60,034 nucleotides of DNA, taken from assembly GCA_013289095.1 (NCBI GenBank), contig JABDAO010000006.1, positions 1 to 60,034 on the forward strand, written 5' to 3'. The first letter of the stretch is position 1. Each line of letters starts with the position of its first letter. The notes under the pieces were generated by a model that did not search any database, was not told the origin of the DNA, and was given only the letters and a program-made list of their open reading frames with translations. The position numbers and the translations under genes are program-made. Positions 47,929-56,174 of the stretch are shown in pieces. Source of the stretch: Bacteroidota bacterium (GTDB lineage: Bacteria; Bacteroidota; Bacteroidia; Palsa-965).

Positions 47929-48399
47929 TTTTCTTTAGTGAACTGTAATTAAAATTATGGCAATAACCTCCCTTAACCTCCCAGTCAGCGAGAAAGTTGC
48001 TTTTGTAAACACACTGCTAATTTCATCGGCTGTTCTTGTCAAAATTGCCCTCTACAACAGGATAAAATTTCCAATATTAATCGCTGGATCTACAAAATGA
48101 TATTTGAAGTGATGAGCCATAAATATACGGTAATAATGCAATAAAACATATATTATTTTCTGGTTCGTGGACTAACTCCTTGCGATGAATTCATCAAAGG
48201 TTGGCTTTTCCACGAACCACCGTGCTCTCTGCCAAGGATTCCAGGAACGGGTTATATTAGCTAAATAAAGGTGCTGCCATAATAATCACTCCAGTAAACA
48301 GATGTCTGGAAATCAATCCGGGTCACAGATCGTGGATTGATTCGGACGACAGCCCCAGCACCCCAAGAAACATTAGATTAAAATGAACCATGAGGTTGG

Positions 48400-49542
48400 T
48401 TATCTTCTTTTTTCAAAGAGAATTAAGTAGCTTTCGTAAGCAAATAATCGATTTCTCTGAAATCCAGTGATTTCTTTGAGAATCCCCTTTTTTATGAAGT
48501 CATTAATTAAGTCATTCGCTGCTTTGGGGGTTAGTCCTGTCACTTTTGCGACCTCAGAGGCATTTAAAACAGGTTTTGAAAATAAATGATCATAAAGTGC
48601 CTGGGCACTTTTTAGTTTTCTTCCCATATCCAGGATCACAGTCTTCTCTGTCTTGTTTTTAATGGAAATTATTTTTTGCAGCGTTTCACTGGATTTTTCC
48701 GCGGTTTCCTTCACGGCAACCAGGAAAAAAAGTAACCATTGCCGCAAATCGCTTTTTGTACGGACAGCCATTAGATTGTCGTAATATAAATTTTTATTTC
48801 GTTCAAAAAATTCTGAGAGATATAGTAATGGTTTATTGAGTATCTTATTTTCGACTAAGTATAAAGGAATCATTAATCGTCCTAATCGCCCATTTCCATC
48901 CAGAAAAGGGTGAATAGTTTCGAACTGATAATGGGCAATAGCAATTTTTATCAGATGAGGGACTTCAATTGTTTTATTATGAAGAAACAATTCGAGGTCC
49001 CCCATTAAATTTTGAACTTCTGAGTGAACAGGAGGAACGAAGACGGCATCGGATATGCTTGCGCCGCCTATCCAATTTTGGCTTGTTCGAAAAACACCAG
49101 GTGTTTTATGTGCTCCTCTGACACTCCTCATCAAATACTCGTGAGCCTCACGGAGTAATCGATTTGATAGCGGAATGTGTTTTAGGGATTTAAGTGCATA
49201 ATTCATTGCCTTTACGTAGTTATCGACTTCTTGCCAATCGTCTCGATGTTCAGGATTAATATCCTTTTTATCAAGAATAGCCTCGCTCATATGGGTTTGT
49301 GTCCCTTCAATTCTACTCGACACTACCGCCTCTTTCAATACATGCATTCGAATGAACATATCTACATCCGGCACCAAACGGGCAACCGCGTTCAATTCAC
49401 CGAGTTTTAATGATGCTTGCTCCAATAGTTCATTTAACTTGGTGTCTGCCCAGGTATAAGTTTGGTTTATATTTGAGGGCAAAAAATACTTATAACCTGT
49501 TCCTGGTAGCCAGAGTCCGGATTTATATAGCTTTATATCCAA
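48400..49542 (-). CDS. Fic family protein (N-terminal inhibitory motif, C-terminal HTH)
   Basis: HPFLDGNGRLGR catalytic motif, SSRIEG inhibitory motif, and C-terminal wHTH ending EITGFQRNRLF. Confidence 0.95.
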   Translation of the reverse strand: MDIKLYKSGLWLPGTGYKYFLPSNINQTYTWADTKLNELLEQASLKLGELNAVARLVPDVDMFIRMHVLKEAVVSSRIEGTQTHMSEAILDKKDINPEHRDDWQEVDNYVKAMNYALKSLKHIPLSNRLLREAHEYLMRSVRGAHKTPGVFRTSQNWIGGASISDAVFVPPVHSEVQNLMGDLELFLHNKTIEVPHLIKIAIAHYQFETIHPFLDGNGRLGRLMIPLYLVENKILNKPLLYLSEFFERNKNLYYDNLMAVRTKSDLRQWLLFFLVAVKETAEKSSETLQKIISIKNKTEKTVILDMGRKLKSAQALYDHLFSKPVLNASEVAKVTGLTPKAANDLINDFIKKGILKEITGFQRNRLFAYESYLILFEKRR

Positions 49543-49943
49543 CGTACTATTTTATTTGGTGAAAGTAAAACAAAGATATTCATAATTTACTTTAATCGCT
49601 GAAAGTAAAATTAATATTTTCTTATTTTATCTTCTTTAATAAAGAAAATGGAAATCTAATTGGAGTTGATTCAGAAAATCTAATTGTTTCATCCACGTTT
49701 CAGTAAAGGTGCAGCCAGTGGTGTAATATATTTGTTTCCAATTAATTAGAAGGGATGGTTCGAATCCGCACGGGACCTCCAATAAAATCCCATCCGACAA
49801 AGTCGGACGGGATTTTTGCTTTTCGGGCGAGTCAAGTTTTTGACTTGAAGGAGCCCGAAAAGCAAAAAGCACGATAGGCCGAAGACCTGGGATTTTATTG
49901 GAGCAGCTCCATTTTTCGGATCATCAAGCCGCCAGGCTTGATG

Positions 49944-49960
49944 ATCCGCACGGGACCTCC
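49944..49960. repeat. Second, shorter tRNA-Cys 3'-end duplication (att scar)
   Basis: ATCCGCACGGGACCTC, 16 bp identical to the tRNA 3' end. Confidence 0.8.
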
Positions 49961-50051
49961 AAAAATGGCGCATTTCGCTCCATTTTATGCCAAATCAAGC
50001 CGTTACATATCGTAACGGCTTTTTTTTGTGCCAAAAGGAGTTCCTTTGTGG

Positions 50052-50378
50052 GTTGAAGATCATCTGCTGAGTGTTGATGATGATCTGCTTAGCATTGATG
50101 ATAATCATCACAGCGTTGATGATGATCTTTTGAGGGTTGACGATGATCCTCTTAGCACTGATGATCATCTTTTGAGAGTTGAAGATGATCGTTTGAGCGT
50201 TGACGATAATCATCTTAGCGTTGATGATGATCTTTTGAGGGTTGATGATAATCATCTTAGCGTTGATGATGATCTTGTAATCGGTAAAGATCATCATCAA
50301 GGTGTTGAAGAACATCCGCTGAGCGTTGACGATGATCCTCTGCGTGTTGATGATGATCGTCTGAGCGTTGACGATCTC
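50052..50378. repeat. 21-bp-period tandem array (about 15 units)
   Basis: Units such as GTTGATGATGATCTTTTGAGG and GTTGATGATAATCATCTTAGC. Confidence 0.9.
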
Positions 50379-50527
50379 ACCGAACGGATTTATAACCATA
50401 GCCAGGAATAAGACATCCTCCGTTCTCACAGTTCTTCCTTCTCCTTCACCTATGGTGCCAGTCTGAAGCTGCGCCGAGGGTGAACTCAATGCTTTGCGCT
50501 TGGTTTCGTCAGCCTGAGGCTGACGAA

Positions 50528-50573
50528 GGCACTGTTCCCATTCACACCGTCAGCCTGTCAGAACAGCGCCAAC
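50528..50573. repeat. Diverged copy of the 60-bp hairpin repeat
   Basis: GGCACTGTTCCC...CAGAACAGCGCCAAC versus GGCACTGATCCC...CAGATCAGCGCCAAC. Confidence 0.65.
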
Positions 50574-50690
50574 GGTGATCGGCGAGATCCGTTTGCGCTT
50601 AGATCCGTCCGCCCCGGAAGACGGATCTAAGCGTAAAGCATTCACTTTAAAGGGCTGCTTTTTTGCATCGCTCATGCGTTGGACAAGGGG

Positions 50691-50750
50691 CGGCTTTGGC
50701 GCCGGCACTGATCCCAGCCGCACAGCCTTCTCTTCAGATCAGCGCCAACT
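50691..50750. repeat. 60-bp hairpin direct repeat, left copy
   Basis: 59/60 identical to 51497-51556. Confidence 0.9.
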
Positions 50751-50810
50751 TTTGGATGGAAGGATGAACAGGAGCTCTGACGGGTTGGGAGTTAAACGCT
50801 TAAGCTACGT

Positions 50811-51269
50811 TCATTTCTTTCTTAGCTTTTCAAGATCATCAAGGTCACGAGGTCTTCCGGATGCTTCTTTAGCGAGGAGAAGATCCTGATAGCTCACAAT
50901 TCGAATAGAAAATGATTCGATAGAATGTACTTGCGAATGAGCATAAGCCACATCAAAATCCAGACCCTTCACATTGGTCATTAAATCAATGCATACAGGA
51001 GCCTGGCCAAAGGTGAAAACGTCTATGTCGGGGTTGTGAAGAAAATTCTCCTCCGTCATATCAAAAACAGGCATTTTGAATTCAAGGAATGCATTCACAA
51101 TAAGCCGGTAGTTCGAAAGGTCTTTTTTTACCCAGATATCCATGTCTCCTGTCGTTCTTGAATATCCATGAAGAATAACGGAATAGCCCCCGACCAGAAT
51201 ATATTTAACCTGGTTGTTGTTAAGGGCCTGAATAAAATCCTGAAAATCGGGATTGAAGATATTAGTCAT
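50811..51269 (-). CDS. Nucleotidyltransferase (DUF6036/MNT-like)
   Basis: YILVGGYSVILHGYSRTTGDMDIW and KEASGRPRDLDD motifs. Confidence 0.9.
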   Translation of the reverse strand: MTNIFNPDFQDFIQALNNNQVKYILVGGYSVILHGYSRTTGDMDIWVKKDLSNYRLIVNAFLEFKMPVFDMTEENFLHNPDIDVFTFGQAPVCIDLMTNVKGLDFDVAYAHSQVHSIESFSIRIVSYQDLLLAKEASGRPRDLDDLEKLRKK

Positions 51270-51465
51270 TGTCCCTGTGTCGGATATGGAATACCGTTTT
51301 ATCCAAGCGGGGAGGGTTGTCTGACGGGTAGTTGTAGGCAACGCTATTCAGGTATGCAGCTGCTTTCAGGCGTTCAGTTTCGGTCTTCGAGAGCCAATAA
51401 TTCACCTGATCAGAGGCTTCCTGAAACTTCTGCATCTTAAATGCATTTCGGTTAAGACGGTACAT
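51262..51465 (-). CDS. Small partner protein of the nucleotidyltransferase
   Basis: 67 aa, YWLSKTETERLKAA...PPRLDKTVF; overlaps the NTase start. Confidence 0.8.
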   Translation of the reverse strand: MYRLNRNAFKMQKFQEASDQVNYWLSKTETERLKAAAYLNSVAYNYPSDNPPRLDKTVFHIRHRDND

Positions 51466-51496
51466 ACACAAATATACATATTCTTTATGAACGGGT

Positions 51497-51556
51497 CGGC
51501 TTTGGCGCCGGCACTGATCCCCGCCGCACAGCCTTCTCTTCAGATCAGCGCCAACT
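51497..51556. repeat. 60-bp hairpin direct repeat, right copy
   Basis: 59/60 identical to 50691-50750; a partial inverted copy (24/26) lies at 54372-54397. Confidence 0.9.
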
Positions 51557-51726
51557 CGTCCCTCTAAACCTGCCTGATACAATTTCTGTTCGTCAGGCCG
51601 GAACTTTGCATTTGACTTCCTTCAGATTCCTTCTCACGAAGGACACCCTTGTCTTCTGCTGACACTTCCTGCTACCAAATGTGTTCGGGACTTACACCCT
51701 GGAATCATCGCCCATGCCGGGCGCAC
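51557..51726 (-). mobile_element. Group IIC intron 5' fragment (domain I only, no RT)
   Basis: The minus strand begins GTGCGCCCGGCATGGGCG...GGGTGTAAGTCCCGAA...AAGGGTGTCC...GGAATCTGAAGGAAG...GAACAGAAA, directly after a terminator hairpin, which is the typical IIC target. Confidence 0.85.
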
Positions 51727-51772
51727 AAAAAGAAACGGCAGGAAATCTATTTTTGCTGCCGTTTGCTTTTTT
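51727..51772 (-). terminator. Terminator hairpin serving as the intron target
   Basis: AAACGGCAG...CTGCCGTTT flanked by A and T runs. Confidence 0.75.
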
Positions 51773-51997
51773 GTGGTCCCGAAGAGATTAAACGATAGTA
51801 TAGCAGAGTTGTTCGTTCAAGCGTGTTTGCCCCTTGCCGAGATTTAACAGCAATCTAACGTCCAAAAAGCTTGTGTTTCCCCATTTTTTCACCAAATTGC
51901 GCCCCAATCAGCCCTTTTATTTACCGGTCTTGTCTGTACTGACAATTCATGTTATTTAATCGGGTATGGTCATAAACCATCAAACCAACAAAACCCA

Positions 51998-53383
51998 ATG
52001 AAAACAAAATTACTGATCCTTGCAGGGGCTTTCGGAATGTTCGCGAATACTGTCGGCGCCCAAATTGTATTGCAAAGCGACTTTGAAACCTGGACCTCTG
52101 GCACCGTTGCCGGATGGAACGGATCAAAAACCAATTGCACGACTACCCCCGACAGCGTAAACCAGTGTACCGTTACTCCTTATCACGGTCTTTCCTGCGT
52201 GGAGCTTGTTAACCCAGGCGCCAGCTCCAAACGTTTCTCTTCCCAGCCGGTTGCAATAACAGCCGGTACACTTTATTCTGTTCGTTTCTGGGCGCGTGGT
52301 TCAGGCAGTCTGCGTACCGGATTGGCAGGAGTTACAGCTGCCAACGGTTTCGGATATGAATACAGTAACACCTATATTACACTTGCTTCGCCAACCTGGA
52401 CCCTGTACACACAAACCCTCCTGGCTGACAGCACCAACGCCAATGCACAGTTCTTGTTTGCTGTAAAAAACACCCTGGCTGCAAGCGGAAATGTGGATAT
52501 TGACAGCGTAACCATCCGCGTTGCCGGAACCGCTCCCTTCCAATCACTTTACAACATCCAATACACCACTGCGGTGCCTGCAAACTCTCCCTACAACAAC
52601 CAGGTTGTAACCACAGCCGGTATCGTTACAGCCGTGTTCGGCTATGGATATTTCGTAGAAACCACCGGAGCAACTTCGTGGGCAGCCTTGTATGTGTACG
52701 ACAGTCAGCACACCGTTGCCATGGGCGACAGTATTATTTTTTCCGGACTGGTAGACGAATATTACAATGAAACGGAAATGGAAAACATTGTGTACTTAAA
52801 CGATGTATCTCATGGAAACCCCATCCCCACACCTATTGTCGTAACGTACTCAAACATCCAGAACGAAGAGTGGGAAGGTATGCTCATCAAGGTAAACAAC
52901 ACGAGCTGTGTCCGCTACAATGCTGCCCAGGCCTGGTATGTATTCAAAGATGCAAGTCCTGGCATCGACACGGTAGACAATATCATCTACACCTATCCCT
53001 TCAGCATTGGCAAGACGTATAACATCACCGGTGTGATCCACTTTGAATATGCCAACTGGATCGAGCCCCGCTTCGTGGCCGACATCGATTCTATCCATGT
53101 CACAGCAGGCATCCAGGAATTCAACAACTTCAGCAACTTCAAAGTATTCCCAAACCCGAACAACGGAACATTTACCGTTTCCATCAACACGGTTGAAGAA
53201 GGAAAAAACTCTATCCTGGCTTTGAAAGACCTGACCGGACGCGTGATCTATCAGGAACAACGCGATGTGACCGAAGGATTCAGCTCCTGGGTAGTAAACA
53301 CTACCGGTCTGCCTAAAGGTCTTTACCTGCTCGAAGTAAGCAACGCCACCGGCAAAGCGGTGGAGCGTATCAGCGTTCAGTAA
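51998..53383 (+). CDS. T9SS-secreted protein with CBM-like and OB-fold-like domains
   Basis: Signal peptide; DFETW...YSVRFWARG (CBM-like); SPYNNQVVTTAGIVTA...GDSIIFSGLVDEYY (OB-fold-like); VFPNPN C-terminal domain. Confidence 0.85.
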   Translation: MKTKLLILAGAFGMFANTVGAQIVLQSDFETWTSGTVAGWNGSKTNCTTTPDSVNQCTVTPYHGLSCVELVNPGASSKRFSSQPVAITAGTLYSVRFWARGSGSLRTGLAGVTAANGFGYEYSNTYITLASPTWTLYTQTLLADSTNANAQFLFAVKNTLAASGNVDIDSVTIRVAGTAPFQSLYNIQYTTAVPANSPYNNQVVTTAGIVTAVFGYGYFVETTGATSWAALYVYDSQHTVAMGDSIIFSGLVDEYYNETEMENIVYLNDVSHGNPIPTPIVVTYSNIQNEEWEGMLIKVNNTSCVRYNAAQAWYVFKDASPGIDTVDNIIYTYPFSIGKTYNITGVIHFEYANWIEPRFVADIDSIHVTAGIQEFNNFSNFKVFPNPNNGTFTVSINTVEEGKNSILALKDLTGRVIYQEQRDVTEGFSSWVVNTTGLPKGLYLLEVSNATGKAVERISVQ

Positions 53384-53415
53384 TTTTCTGGCAAGAGCCA
53401 GTATCCTGTGCTATT

Positions 53416-53449
53416 AAAAACCTGCAAGTGATTTACTTGCAGGTTTTTT
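53416..53449 (+). terminator. Rho-independent terminator
   Basis: AAAAACCTGCAAGT-GATTT-ACTTGCAGGTTTTTT. Confidence 0.85.
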
Positions 53450-53692
53450 GTTTCAAGTCTGCCGTCTGCACAACGATTCCGTCCCCCGCTCCTCTTCCAT
53501 CTCGGCATCCTGCTGCCTGACAGTAAAAAAATGTTCATCGCCATGGAAACCCTTGCGGGATTGTTTCCGGATTCATAAACGAAGCCGGTGGTTCCGGGGC
53601 CTTTTAGTATAAACGACTGGATTTGAAAACTTGATCATCCAAAATGGAACCTCAAGTTGGGCAGAATCATCCTCTTTATTTACTTTGCATGA

Positions 53693-54250
53693 TTACCAGA
53701 ATTTATTCCCTGCTTCGCATGCACATATCAATGCATCCAGCCTGGCGGTACGGGTTGCTTCTTGTTTCGCACTCATGATCCTGTAGACAGCCAGTTTCTT
53801 ATACGAGGGAGCGGCCTTCTGAAAATAAGCCCATGCCTTTTTATTTGATTTTAACTTTTTCTCATAAGCAAGGGCCAATTTTATGACCTCGGTCTCATAG
53901 GCGTATATTCTTGATTTTGCCTCTGTCCTCTTTTCATAGATTGCTGTTCCGGCAGGCAGCATAAGTCCCCTGGTTTTGAGGACTTCAATCTTATCAATAT
54001 TGATGGCGCTCCAGATGCTTTTCGGTTTTCTTGGCGTGAAACGGATAGAATAGCTGTATTCATCAATTGACTTCCGTACTCCGTCAATCCAACCAAAGCA
54101 AAGCGCTTCATCGACAGACTCCGGCCACGACACACTGGGTTTAGCAGTATGAACCTTATGAAAGCCAACCAGCAGCTCTTTTTCTGTGGTGTGGTTTTTA
54201 AGAAACCATTTTCGAAGATCAGACGGCTTTGCAAAGAAGATTGGGGTCAT
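53693..54250 (-). CDS. YdeI/OmpD-associated family protein
   Basis: EALCFGWIDG, RFTPRKPKSIWSAIN and SAKQEATR motifs. Confidence 0.93.
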   Translation of the reverse strand: MTPIFFAKPSDLRKWFLKNHTTEKELLVGFHKVHTAKPSVSWPESVDEALCFGWIDGVRKSIDEYSYSIRFTPRKPKSIWSAINIDKIEVLKTRGLMLPAGTAIYEKRTEAKSRIYAYETEVIKLALAYEKKLKSNKKAWAYFQKAAPSYKKLAVYRIMSAKQEATRTARLDALICACEAGNKFW

Positions 54251-54448
54251 TGCTTGATTTCGAAATTAAAATGAACAATCTGTCCGGGCTTTCGGCCGGT
54301 ATGACATTAAAAATACAGACACTAAACGAACCGGTATCACACGCGTTCTTCGGCCTCAATCGTTTATCTCTATCTGAAGGGAAGGCTGTGCGGAGGGCTT
54401 TGCCCCTTCGGGCGAAGCATTGGTTTTGCGTTTTTTTTGCAATTTAAC

Positions 54449-55021
54449 CTAACTCGTTCGTACCAATGGTATTTGCAGATTTGTTGGTCTGTTTTCTTCT
54501 TTATCAAAACCACGGCCATCAATATTTCGTGCACCCCAGAACATCATGTCGTTGAATATATATACCAAATCATTTTCGGCAAAAATCTGCCCTTCAACCA
54601 GCCCGAATGGGGCGAAAGCCTTTTTAAAAATGCTTTGCGGGCCGTTCACTTCCCATTTGCTGTACTCTTTGCCTGCCAATTTGTTCATGGCATCGGCAAA
54701 TCCTTGCACCAATGGAATTACTTCATACCCCTCATCGGCTATGAAATCTACTTTTTGCGCACCGTCTGCAATCGGATGAGGACCTTGCCAAACCATACGG
54801 CCTTTAATATTCATTTTTACCAACGGCACTTTACCATAGGCATCTGCCGAATTAATCACCGAGAGTTCAAACTTATCTCCCTCGATGTATTTAAAAACCC
54901 TTGACAAATAAAATGGCTTTAGGGTGCCATCGGCATTTTTAATGCCGCTCGGACGAATTTCCGGAGCAATGCTTGTCCATTTGCCATTCTCCATGAATCT
55001 CTTGATTTCTTCTACTTCCAT
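54449..55021 (-). CDS. Hypothetical protein, APCDD1-like domain
   Basis: GKWTSIAPEIRP...YLSRVF...WGARNIDG...NRPTNLQIPL. Confidence 0.6.
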   Translation of the reverse strand: MEVEEIKRFMENGKWTSIAPEIRPSGIKNADGTLKPFYLSRVFKYIEGDKFELSVINSADAYGKVPLVKMNIKGRMVWQGPHPIADGAQKVDFIADEGYEVIPLVQGFADAMNKLAGKEYSKWEVNGPQSIFKKAFAPFGLVEGQIFAENDLVYIFNDMMFWGARNIDGRGFDKEENRPTNLQIPLVRTS

Positions 55022-55138
55022 ATTATGCTGTTTTAGAAAACAAATGTGCTGCTTTTCCTTCAGAACTGCAAGTACGACCTTTGGCAGATATGCCCAACAA
55101 TGTAAATGACATTGAGCTTTAGGTCAGATGAAAGTGTT

Positions 55139-55711
55139 TTAGTCTTTAGTTAAGAATAGATCAGCATCTAATTGCGCCTCATCGGCCAGGGTTGGGGCAG
55201 GCAGGTCTGCACCCAGATTAAAATCCGATCGTTTGATGGTTCCGGTCACTTTAAATCCGGCTACCGTTTTCTTGTTAAATGGGTTTATCGCAGTTCCGTT
55301 ATAGATCAGGTTAAATACCACAGGCCTGGTAATGCCATGTAAGGTGAGCGAGCCCGAAAGGCTGTACTCATTCTCTTTAATCCGTTTCAGAGAGCTGCTT
55401 TTAAAGCTAATTACAGCAAATTGTTTGGCATCAAAGAAATTCCCTCCTTTTAAATAGGTGTCGCGCCCCTCCTGATTGGTATTGATGCTGTTCACATCTG
55501 CGCTTAATTCAATCGATGCATCAGAAAAATCGGGGCTGGCTGCGCTGACTTTTGCATCAACCGAGACAAATGTTCCAACCACATTGGCAACGGTGAGGTA
55601 TTTAACGGCAAACCCGACATTGGAATGTGTCTTATCTATCGACCAGGTTTGTGCATATCCGCTTGTTATGCACATCAGGATAACAAATACAATTACGTAG
55701 CTTTTTTTCAT
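55139..55711 (-). CDS. YceI family protein
   Basis: WSIDKTHSNVGF, SINT..RD, GSLTLHGITRPV and IKRSDF motifs. Confidence 0.95.
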   Translation of the reverse strand: MKKSYVIVFVILMCITSGYAQTWSIDKTHSNVGFAVKYLTVANVVGTFVSVDAKVSAASPDFSDASIELSADVNSINTNQEGRDTYLKGGNFFDAKQFAVISFKSSSLKRIKENEYSLSGSLTLHGITRPVVFNLIYNGTAINPFNKKTVAGFKVTGTIKRSDFNLGADLPAPTLADEAQLDADLFLTKD

Positions 55712-56174
55712 CTGATTCTACTTTACAAATTGTGTGATAGATTCTATTTGACGAAACAAAGTTGCTGATTACCTGCTGGACAGTGAATCGATAAGACTAC
55801 TTATTTCCTTAATATATGTTAATTTCCAGGGTTGACCTCTGTCGGCTTATGAAAACCTGCACGCACAGAAGAAAGCGCTTCTTAACCCTTCTAAAGAAAA
55901 ATTGCCCGTGAAATGCAACTATAAGTTTAAAGCGCTACCCAAATGCTATCCCAATGCTCTGAAAAAGGACGTTCAGCAGCTCTTGGCGGATAAGGCGCTG
56001 TCTGCATGGTAATGAACGAGGAAGAAGAGCAAATTGTCATTTTGTGTTACTTTTATCCCGAATTTTGGGCGTCTGAAGTCATCCTTGTTCTCCCCTTCCT
56101 TCGGGCGAGAACGGGTCATACAAAAGATCCCTGTCCTCATTCGTATGTTCATCCGGCACAAATACCTTCTTGCA

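Larger units (their letters stand above)
41593..49779. mobile_element. Genomic island at the tRNA-Cys 3' end, no integrase inside
   Basis: The 23-bp direct repeat GGTTCGAATCCGCACGGGACCTC occurs at 41593-41615 and 49757-49779. The cargo is visibly AT-richer than the flanks. Confidence 0.85.

Noticed and set aside
49757-49779. Second tRNA-Cys gene
   Set aside because: Only the T arm and 3' acceptor strand are present, so it is an att duplication.
50691-51556. Canonical integron with attC sites
   Set aside because: There is no intI gene in the window and the core-site order is not RYYYAAC...GTTRRRY. It is kept only as a non-canonical candidate.
51773-51795. tRNA 3'-end remnant on the minus strand (…TCTCTTCGGGACCAC) before the terminator
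   Set aside because: It is too short and degenerate, with no cloverleaf and no matching tRNA in the window.
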